DNA of 6,181 bases from a virus. Its lineage: Duplodnaviria; Heunggongvirae; Uroviricota; Caudoviricetes. Positions 1 to 6,097 of the stretch are shown piece after piece (positions within the stretch are counted from its first letter, which is position 1; every line of letters starts with the position of its first letter). The stretch lies in the IMG/VR virus record IMGVR_UViG_2541047172_000022; one strand, given 5' to 3'. The translations under genes were made by a program, and so were the position numbers. A model generated the notes under the pieces. The model made no database searches, was not told where the DNA came from, and saw nothing but the letters and a program-made list of their open reading frames with translations.

Positions 1-30
1 AAGCTTACCGGAATTGAAGCAGTTTTTACG

Positions 31-585
31 TCAAAAAGCAATAACTTTTTTCTCTATACCAAAAGCCATAACCATTGGTTTGTACAAAATAAATTCTGCC
101 ACCTTTAGCCAATGCTCAATGCGTCTTTCACAGGTTCTTAAACTCCATTCCGGATGTGCATCATTCAGCAGTTCAGCCATTTTGCGCTTAGTCATCCCCC
201 GCCCCACATAACGCTGACTCAGAACATTGAGCAGCCCGGGATAACCTGCCAGTACTTCACCAATAACCCTGTCGATTATTAACGCCTCTGAATCGGTACA
301 ATGCACCAGCCAGCTTTTTTGCTTGCCGTTGATCATATCCCGCAAAAAAGCCTCAAGTTTAGGTTTGTCCAGACCTGCTTTTTTCATCCTCCGGAGCGCC
401 TCGTTAATTGCCGTTTTTGTCAGCTTTTTAGAGGTCAGCAACTGGTTGAACATATTTCCCGTCTTACCGCCGCCAATATACGACCAGCGCCCCCACATAC
501 GTAGTTTCCCCTGAATCCAGACACTTTCCAGCGTGGTGAGACGAAGGTGCTCTCCGCTTTTTCCTGTGTTCGTTGGGTAAATCAT
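31..585 (-). CDS. Lambdoid prophage protein of unknown function, 184 aa, downstream of the nin-type genes (possibly a late-gene regulator; not lambda-Q-like)
   Basis: Frame is open from 705, but the ATG at 585..583 overlaps the stop of the upstream gene (ATGA at 585..582) and has an AGGA-like Shine-Dalgarno about 9 nt upstream, whereas the ATG at 705 has none and would overlap the upstream gene by 124 nt. G+C resembles the adjacent phage genes. No Cys-rich zinc-finger pattern typical of lambda Q. Function is a guess from position. Confidence 0.6.
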   Translation of the reverse strand: MIYPTNTGKSGEHLRLTTLESVWIQGKLRMWGRWSYIGGGKTGNMFNQLLTSKKLTKTAINEALRRMKKAGLDKPKLEAFLRDMINGKQKSWLVHCTDSEALIIDRVIGEVLAGYPGLLNVLSQRYVGRGMTKRKMAELLNDAHPEWSLRTCERRIEHWLKVAEFILYKPMVMAFGIEKKVIAF

Positions 586-872
586 AAATAACCGTCCTTT
601 CTCCAGATCTCTTGTGTGCGAAAAACACCTTCTGCATGCATCAGGCGCAATTCTTCTTTGGTGTAATCGCTGGTTTTTACTCTCCCGTCGATTAAATCGT
701 GGCATGAGTTACAGGCAATCGCTGCCTGCATATCGTGTGGCTTTATCGCTGTTCCGCACGTTCCCGCCAGCCTGTAATGCGCCAGCACAGAGGTTTCGGG
801 ATTGTGATTGCAGTAGCCAGGGATTCTGATCTGGCATATCTGGCCTTTAGCCGCTTTACGTAAATTCACCAT
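582..872 (-). CDS. DUF1364-family putative zinc-binding protein, YbcO-like (lambdoid prophage nin region), 96 aa
   Basis: 96-aa ORF with the pattern LRKAAKG..CQIRIPGYCNHNPETSVLAH.RL.G.CGT..KP.D...AIACNSCHD.IDGR, matching what I recall of E. coli DLP12 YbcO / DUF1364 (same length, same four-Cys arrangement). Start ATG 872..870 overlaps the upstream stop (TAATG). Confidence 0.85.
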   Translation of the reverse strand: MVNLRKAAKGQICQIRIPGYCNHNPETSVLAHYRLAGTCGTAIKPHDMQAAIACNSCHDLIDGRVKTSDYTKEELRLMHAEGVFRTQEIWRKDGYL

Positions 873-1471
873 TACGCAAACTCCAGTAGTTGTGCGGCCA
901 CATTTTCAACTTCCTCCTGAGAGGAGAATTTACGGAACAGAATCCAGTTCCACAGCACATTCAGTACAGATTTATAAACCTGCTGAAACTCGACTTCGTC
1001 CATATTCGCAAAAGCGATGGATTTTGCCCGACGCCCACGGCTACCGTCCGGATAAATATGCTCGGTGTAAAATCCGGCCTGAATGGTTACCCACTCGCGG
1101 AAAGCCTCAAACGACTTTAGCAACGCCGTATCCCGGGTTCTACGAGTCGCAACGGTGTTAAGGTATTGCTCTGCGGCATCACTCAGGGCTGGCGTGTGTT
1201 CCCGACCAACTGATTCGCACAGGTAATCAACGAAACCAGACAGCAGTTCTCGTTCGCGAGGCGTGATCGCCCCACCGACCGGAGTCCAGTAATCGAATCC
1301 CAGTTGCAGGAGTTTGAAAAAACGCTTGTGGAATGCGTAGTTACGCACACGCTTAAAATCTGCGTGTATCCACTCACCTATTTTGATTTGATGCAGAAAA
1401 TCGCAACTCTCCGGCGTCGCCGGGAGAAGTAAACCAGAAGAAGTTTGTTTGACCAGTTGTATATGCGCCAT
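872..1471 (-). CDS. Lambdoid prophage nin-region protein, DUF1367-like, 199 aa
   Basis: Uninterrupted 199-aa ORF, co-directional with and coupled to the YbcO-like gene (stop TAA 874..872 overlaps its ATG). Balanced G+C like the phage backbone. DUF1367 assignment is from remembered co-occurrence with DUF1364 in prophages, not from a search. Confidence 0.7.
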   Translation of the reverse strand: MAHIQLVKQTSSGLLLPATPESCDFLHQIKIGEWIHADFKRVRNYAFHKRFFKLLQLGFDYWTPVGGAITPRERELLSGFVDYLCESVGREHTPALSDAAEQYLNTVATRRTRDTALLKSFEAFREWVTIQAGFYTEHIYPDGSRGRRAKSIAFANMDEVEFQQVYKSVLNVLWNWILFRKFSSQEEVENVAAQLLEFA

Positions 1472-1890
1472 TTCTCAATCTCTCGATGGCGCAGTGCAGC
1501 AGATGCCAGTTGTTCAAGCTAGCACGCAAATTGTAAACCAGAATGCCAGGAAAAAACAAAACCCGCCGAAGCTGGTTGTGTGCGGTTGCGTTGAAGTCTC
1601 CTAGCCAAAGAGTAGCGGTGACCACTCCCCGCCGATAATCTTAGTTGTTTAATTTCGTAAGCTAACTAGGCTAAAAGCTCTCTGTTGTCTGCCTGTTGTA
1701 CAATTAACAAAATGAACAACGAACTAGATATACCAACGCCAGAATGGTGCAACAAATCCCAAACAACACAGCAATGCAACAATAACATATGTTATTTTCC
1801 TCTCACGGGATTCAGTCCTGAATTCTCATAAAGCTAATCTTTTTTTAAAAACATACTGTTAGATCACATGCACTTTCTTTCTTAACATCG

Positions 1891-1918
1891 TTGACTTCGC
1901 ATGCGAAGCGTTTAAAAT
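1891..1918 (+). promoter_or_regulatory. Putative sigma70 promoter of the ATPase operon (-35 TTGACT 1891..1896, 16-bp spacer, -10 TAAAAT 1913..1918)
   Basis: Near-consensus hexamers at near-optimal spacing, about 50 nt upstream of the ATG at 1971; a purine-rich AGAGAG lies about 8 nt before that ATG as a weak Shine-Dalgarno. Confidence 0.55.
1895..1908. promoter_or_regulatory. Perfect 14-bp palindrome CTTCGCATGCGAAG in the promoter spacer; putative operator
   Basis: Read directly: 1895..1908 is its own reverse complement, overlapping the last 2 nt of the -35 and filling most of the spacer. Confidence 0.45.
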
Positions 1919-1970
1919 CAACAATTTGCACTTAAGGTATTTATTTTCCCAAACACATAGAGAGTAAATT

Positions 1971-3362
1971 ATGACTGAGAACACGACTCCAACAGCAGAC
2001 TTTAGTCCTAGTAAAAGATTTTTTGTAAGTATGCTAACTCGAGATATCGACTTAAACGATGCCATACTTGATCTGCTTGATAACTGCGTCGATGGGGCTT
2101 TACGTACAATAAAAGACACAAAAAAAACTTCAAAACCATATGAAGGATTTTATGCGAAACTTACGATTAATAAAGATGTCTTTATTATAGAAGACAATTG
2201 CGGAGGTATCCCTAAAAGCTTCCGAGAATATGCTTTTAAAATGGGACGACCCCATCAAAAAGAAGAAGAAAATGAAGGCACCGTTGGCGTCTATGGTATT
2301 GGTATGAAAAGAGCCATTTTTAAAATGGGTAGAGATTGCTCAATACAATCGAATAATCCCGATGGCGCATTCACTGTAGATATAACACCTGATTGGATCG
2401 ATGGTGATGGTTGGAAAATACCGATGCACGAGAGTGACTATGATAACAAAAATCCAACAGGCACAACTATAGAGATAAAAAAACTCCATTCTAATGTGGC
2501 ACAAAAATTTAATGAGAGCACATATCTTACTGATCTCTTTTTACAGATAAAACACTCATTGTCATTTATTATTCAAAAAGGATTTAAAATAGAATTAAAT
2601 GGAGTTGTTGTTGAACATAATCCGATTAACATCATAACTGATCATTCTAAAATAGAACCATACATATATAAAGCTAAAATAGACGATGTTGATATCGATT
2701 TAGTTGTTGGCTTCTATAAAAATTTAGAAGATGACAATGATGATGTTTTAGAAAAAAGGAGTTCTGATGATGCTGGATGGACTGTCATTTGCAATGACCG
2801 CGTTGTTCTATATTGTGATAAGACACATCTCACAGGTTGGGGCTTTGCTAATGTACCAAGGTTTCATACCCAATTTATAGCAATTTCTGGGGTTGTTCGC
2901 TTTACCAGTAAAAACCCAGAAAAATTACCAATAACAACAACGAAACGAGGTGTCGATCTTAGTTCTACATTGTACAATGATGTACGAAATAAAATGATTG
3001 AAGGGATGATGCATTTTATTCGATTCACCAATCAGTGGAAAGGTGAGCATCTTGAAGAAGGGAAAAAATTACTTAAGTCAGCTCAGTCACATGAAGCTCA
3101 ATCTTTATTTGAAATTACCCCACAATCAACTCCAGAAGATAAAAAAAATAACTGGTCCAACCCTAATAGAAACAAAAATGAGTGGCGATATACACCTAAG
3201 CTGCCTACCCCAGTAAAAAAAAGCTCTACTGTACGAATAATCTTCACCAGAGAGAAAGAAGATGTTAAAATTTTATCTAAATATTTCTTTGGACATGAAG
3301 ATGCTAGCGCTTCTGATGTGGGGATGCAATGCTTTGATACGGTGATTGAAGAGGTGAAGTGA
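1971..3362 (+). CDS. GHKL (Bergerat-fold) ATPase, MORC/MutL-like, 463 aa; candidate motor of a restriction or defence module
   Basis: All four Bergerat motifs in canonical order in the N-terminal 170 aa: N-box DLLDNCVDGA (nt 2070..2099), G1 box IEDNCGGI (nt 2190..2213), G2 box GTVGVYGIGMKRAIFKMG with the G-x-G-x-K...G pattern I associate with MORC-type ATPases (nt 2277..2330), and motif IV PTGTTIEI (nt 2457..2471). The C-terminal ~290 aa has no motif I can assign. Long clean ORF. Confidence 0.85.
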   Translation: MTENTTPTADFSPSKRFFVSMLTRDIDLNDAILDLLDNCVDGALRTIKDTKKTSKPYEGFYAKLTINKDVFIIEDNCGGIPKSFREYAFKMGRPHQKEEENEGTVGVYGIGMKRAIFKMGRDCSIQSNNPDGAFTVDITPDWIDGDGWKIPMHESDYDNKNPTGTTIEIKKLHSNVAQKFNESTYLTDLFLQIKHSLSFIIQKGFKIELNGVVVEHNPINIITDHSKIEPYIYKAKIDDVDIDLVVGFYKNLEDDNDDVLEKRSSDDAGWTVICNDRVVLYCDKTHLTGWGFANVPRFHTQFIAISGVVRFTSKNPEKLPITTTKRGVDLSSTLYNDVRNKMIEGMMHFIRFTNQWKGEHLEEGKKLLKSAQSHEAQSLFEITPQSTPEDKKNNWSNPNRNKNEWRYTPKLPTPVKKSSTVRIIFTREKEDVKILSKYFFGHEDASASDVGMQCFDTVIEEVK

Positions 3363-4351
3363 TGTCTGGACAATACATTCCCTATCACTTAAGGCATAAT
3401 AAGTCTATTGATAGAGAGATTTTTCTCGAAAGCCTAAACCTCTTAAGCAAAAGACTAAATATTCAAGAATATACATATATAGGTTTTGGTGGTCCGATGC
3501 TTGAAGATTTTAGAATCATGCATAATCGTATCGCTCTTTCTGATATGATTTCTCTCGAAGAACAAGAGTCTACTCACATCAGACAAAAATATAATTTGCC
3601 TTATAATTGTATTGATTGTAAGCTAATATCAGCTCATGACTTTATTCTTGATTATAGTTTTTCTAAACCATCAATAACATGGTTAGACTATGCCTCCCCG
3701 AAAAAAATACAAACGGATCTAGATGATATACACTTACTAAGTACTAAAGTAAGCTCTTTTGATATTTTGAAGGTCACCTTCCCCATAAATCCTAGTTCTT
3801 ATTACCAACGTAGAGTTGGAGAAAGTTTAGATATTTTTAAAGAAGCTTTTATTAATTCATTAAAATCATTGCTTGGGAAAAAGTATCTTGATTTTAATCT
3901 TCAGATATCAAATGCAGATCTTTCAGATCGTAAGATTAAAGCTCTTTTAATACGAATTATTACAAACGCTTTTAGATCAGCAATAGAACGTGGTCTTTCA
4001 GGACGTAAGGATAAGATTCAGTATTACCCATTATCCTTAAATCAATATAATGATGGCAGTCATACCATGTTGACAATATCAGGTTTTTTCTCCTCAGAAC
4101 AAGAATATATAGAGTTATCTAAGGCATGCGACCTTTCTAACTGGCAATTTTATTCAACAAATTGGGAAGACGTGCAAGAAATAGCAATACCAACACTAAC
4201 AATTAAAGAAAAGATAAATTTAGATAGTAAACTGCCTGATAAAGAAGCATATCAGGCAGCCGCTGAAGAGTTCTCTTTAAACGAAAATGAACGGGATAAC
4301 TATTATAAATACTATAGGTTATACCCTAACTTCCAAAGAATTATGGTTTAA
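3362..4351 (+). CDS. Uncharacterised partner protein of the GHKL ATPase, 329 aa from the ATG at 3362; candidate effector or specificity subunit
   Basis: The ATG at 3362 overlaps the ATPase stop (TGATG, 3360..3364) and has GAGGTG 5 nt upstream; the in-frame GTG at 3359 is too close to that SD. Same AT-rich composition as the ATPase. No PD-(D/E)xK, HNH, PLD, Walker or methyltransferase motif could be confidently identified by eye; there is a CxxC pair (YNCIDCK) and a glycine-rich IGFGGP segment. Confidence 0.8.
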   Translation: MSGQYIPYHLRHNKSIDREIFLESLNLLSKRLNIQEYTYIGFGGPMLEDFRIMHNRIALSDMISLEEQESTHIRQKYNLPYNCIDCKLISAHDFILDYSFSKPSITWLDYASPKKIQTDLDDIHLLSTKVSSFDILKVTFPINPSSYYQRRVGESLDIFKEAFINSLKSLLGKKYLDFNLQISNADLSDRKIKALLIRIITNAFRSAIERGLSGRKDKIQYYPLSLNQYNDGSHTMLTISGFFSSEQEYIELSKACDLSNWQFYSTNWEDVQEIAIPTLTIKEKINLDSKLPDKEAYQAAAEEFSLNENERDNYYKYYRLYPNFQRIMV

Positions 4352-5470
4352 ATATTCGGGCTGTACTCTTTTATTTAATAAATTGTACAGCCCCTTTAAT
4401 ATATATTCAGCAACTATTGGTGACACGCTATTTCCTATTTGTCTGAAACTATGCCATTTAGTTACATGAAAGCGAAACCAATCAGGGAAGCCTTGTAATC
4501 TAGCAGCTTCTCTTGGTGTAATCACTCTTGGATGATAAGGGTGGATCGGCCTGACGGCTTGAAAGCTTCCTTTATCTCTAGCGGTTCCCGCCCTTAAAGT
4601 CGGGCAAAAACCATTTGGATCTAATCTTGTAGATCTTGAAATTTTATCAGTTTCCCCAAAAGATAAGGAAGCATAACGCTCTTGGACGATTTTGCTATGT
4701 AATGTTCCGGTACATCCAGATATGATATTATTTTTTAACTTAGCGATCGATTCTGTATCACCAACATTCCGAGGGATCTGCCCCCATAATTTTTCATAAA
4801 ATCCCCCTTTTCGATCTTTTTTAATTGTTCGCCAACTCTCAGAGTCTGATTGCCAATTGGCATCGATAATATCTGGTAATCCATACAAAGCATCTTTTAC
4901 AGTAACCGGATCAATCATTTTAGGCATAAATACTTCATCTGAAATATCAAGCTTCAATGATTTTTTTACACCGATAAAAAAATATCTAGTTCGAATAGTT
5001 GGAGCACCATAATCAGATGCTTTTACCTTGATGGGATCAAGAATATCATAATCACCGCTAACCAAATTAAATGCTTTATTTCTAATGCCAGAATATTTCT
5101 CTTGCATAATACCTGGAACATTTTCTGCCAAAAAGAATAATGGCTGTAATTCTGATACTAAACGGTAGAAATGCATGTAAAGCTGATTCCTGCTATCATC
5201 AGGATTCCCCTTGCCTATTGAACTAAATCCTTGGCACGGAGGACCGCCAATAATACCATCTATGGGCATATCGTTTTTAAAAAAACCCTTAATTATTTCT
5301 GCATTTAGTAAAGAAACATCTTCTTGGACGTGCAAACTTCTTGGAAAATTAATTGCGTGAGTATTAATAGCATGTTGATCAATTTCAACTGCCATTTTAA
5401 CATCAAATCCAGCACGTGCAGCACCAAGACTTAGACCTCCAACGCCAGAAAACAAATCTATTACATTCAT
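4319..5470 (-). CDS. DNA cytosine-C5 methyltransferase, 383 aa
   Basis: Canonical C5-MTase motifs in order: I DLFSGVGG (FxGxGG, nt 5435..5458), IV GGPPCQGFS with catalytic Cys79 (codon 5234..5236), VI FLAENVPG (ENV), VIII PTIRTRYFFIG, IX/X RVITPREAARLQGFPDWF and QIGNSVSP. A variable region between VIII and IX is consistent with a target-recognition domain. Confidence 0.92.
   Translation of the reverse strand: MNVIDLFSGVGGLSLGAARAGFDVKMAVEIDQHAINTHAINFPRSLHVQEDVSLLNAEIIKGFFKNDMPIDGIIGGPPCQGFSSIGKGNPDDSRNQLYMHFYRLVSELQPLFFLAENVPGIMQEKYSGIRNKAFNLVSGDYDILDPIKVKASDYGAPTIRTRYFFIGVKKSLKLDISDEVFMPKMIDPVTVKDALYGLPDIIDANWQSDSESWRTIKKDRKGGFYEKLWGQIPRNVGDTESIAKLKNNIISGCTGTLHSKIVQERYASLSFGETDKISRSTRLDPNGFCPTLRAGTARDKGSFQAVRPIHPYHPRVITPREAARLQGFPDWFRFHVTKWHSFRQIGNSVSPIVAEYILKGLYNLLNKRVQPEYLNHNSLEVRV
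4357..4394 (+). terminator. Hairpin downstream of the ATPase-operon stop (9-bp stem GGGCTGTAC / GTACAGCCC, 18-nt loop, then CTTTAAT); weak candidate terminator
   Basis: Perfect 9-bp inverted repeat at 4358..4366 and 4385..4393, starting 6 nt after the partner-gene stop. It lies inside the 3' coding region of the convergent methyltransferase. The large loop and short T-run make it a weak intrinsic terminator. Confidence 0.25.
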
Positions 5471-5502
5471 ATAGTTGCAACGTCTCTTATTAGTTTCTAT
5501 GT

Positions 5503-5532
5503 ATTATAACACAACTGTTCTTGATGTTTTAA
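5503..5532 (-). promoter_or_regulatory. Putative methyltransferase promoter with extended -10 (TGtTATAAT) and weak -35 (TTAAAA, 18-bp spacer)
   Basis: On the minus strand a perfect TATAAT (complement of 5503..5508) is preceded by TGT (5509..5511), with TTAAAA at 5527..5532. It sits about 30 nt upstream of the ATG at 5470. Confidence 0.5.
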
Positions 5533-5732
5533 CCCCATAAGATAACCTCATAAAGGCTATCCCTTGAAAATACCGGATCGCATAAATTTAATCTTTCAAA
5601 ACTACTTGTCTATTAATCGAGCAATTTAAGGTTGTTTTAGTCATGTCGATACCGACATAGTTAACTAAACCCATTTCATCGTCCAACAAATGGGGGTAAT
5701 ACACTTTGATTTATAGTCGGGTGGGTTTTTCT

Positions 5733-5767
5733 CTATCTGCCTTTGGTGTTCATGCCCAAGGCAGATA
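5733..5767. repeat. Imperfect inverted repeat (CTATCTGCCTTTGG ... CCAAGGCAGATAG) at the right edge of the island
   Basis: Arms of about 13 bp with one bulged T, around a 9-nt loop, immediately after GGGTGGGTTTTT. No U-run follows the stem on either transcript, so it is not a canonical intrinsic terminator. Confidence 0.4.
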
Positions 5768-5821
5768 GCCTCAAGCACCCGCAGCAATTCTACTTAACTA
5801 TCCTTTTCCCGCAAATCGTTT

Positions 5822-5905
5822 TTATCCCCAGCGGCAAATCGAATACACAACCAGCGCCACCGCCATCGCAATTCCTACCGTTGTGAATGCTTCAGGCCAG
5901 GTCAT
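5822..5905 (-). CDS. Possible small hydrophobic protein, 27 aa (MTWPEAFTTVGIAMAVALVVYSICRWG)
   Basis: Its ATG (5905..5903) overlaps the stop of the 63-aa ORF (ATGA) and is preceded by GGAGGTG about 6 nt upstream. The product has a hydrophobic core typical of small membrane peptides. It was translated by hand and is below the ORF-track size cutoff. Confidence 0.3.
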   Translation of the reverse strand: MTWPEAFTTVGIAMAVALVVYSICRWG

Positions 5906-6093
5906 TGATTCACCTCCTGCGGCGGTTCTGGTAGCGACATCCAGTGGGTTGCTTGCCTAAGATCATTACCCGGACTAACTGCTATACCTCCGCGCCGGAA
6001 CGTGCCTCCGAGATAGCGTGCGGAATATATTAATGGCCCAGCCTCGCTATCGATATTCATCGAAATAAGCACGTTCTGGCTCTTTTCAGGCAT
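5902..6093 (-). CDS. Hypothetical prophage protein, 63 aa
   Basis: ORF with phage-like G+C, co-directional with the other phage genes, starting 4 nt after the stop of the partial upstream ORF. No family recognised. Confidence 0.5.
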   Translation of the reverse strand: MPEKSQNVLISMNIDSEAGPLIYSARYLGGTFRRGGIAVSPGNDLRQATHWMSLPEPPQEVNQ

Positions 6094-6097
6094 TCGC

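Larger units (their letters stand above)
1640..5700. other. AT-rich horizontally acquired island (prophage moron) carrying a GHKL-ATPase operon and a C5 DNA methyltransferase
   Basis: Marked drop in G+C (by eye roughly one third, against about one half in the flanks) beginning near 1640 and ending near 5700. The three island genes share this composition and the flanking phage genes do not. Boundaries are approximate. Confidence 0.6.

Noticed and set aside
1-6. AAGCTT (HindIII site) at the window start, also at 2217 and 4561
   Set aside because: A six-base site recurring at this frequency is expected by chance; at most it hints the window is a cloned HindIII fragment, which is not a biological feature.
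31-705. Long form (224 aa) of the first minus-strand ORF
   Set aside because: It would overlap the upstream YbcO-like gene by 124 nt and has no Shine-Dalgarno; the internal ATG at 585 has both the ATGA overlap and an RBS.
14-1377. Plus-strand ORFs 14..211, 301..504, 323..514, 614..829, 890..1120, 892..1161 and minus-strand 1183..1377
   Set aside because: All lie antisense to, or out of frame within, the well-supported phage CDSs; no RBS or recognisable product.
1374-1625. 83-aa minus-strand ORF overlapping the 5' end of the DUF1367-like gene
   Set aside because: It overlaps a better-supported gene in another frame and has no start-site signals; likely a chance ORF.
1712-1828. 38-codon plus-strand ORF in the AT-rich leader (MNNELDIPTPEWCNK...)
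   Set aside because: No Shine-Dalgarno and low-complexity AT-rich sequence; it would be the only candidate small regulator, but the evidence is too weak to call.
1859-2119. 86-aa minus-strand ORF across the ATPase promoter and start
   Set aside because: Antisense to the promoter and 5' end of a strongly supported gene; AT-rich chance ORF.
3359-3361. GTG at 3359 as the partner-gene start
   Set aside because: Only 2 nt from the GAGGTG Shine-Dalgarno; the ATG at 3362 has proper spacing and the TGATG overlap.
3098-3388. 96-aa minus-strand ORF inside the ATPase 3' end
   Set aside because: Antisense to a motif-supported CDS; no signals.
4287-4469. 60-aa plus-strand ORF over the convergent gene junction
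   Set aside because: It overlaps both the partner gene end and the methyltransferase 3' region in a non-coding frame.
1640-5700. Direct repeats or att-like duplications flanking the island
   Set aside because: Only short chance matches (for example TCTGCCT near both edges), too short to support a target-site duplication.
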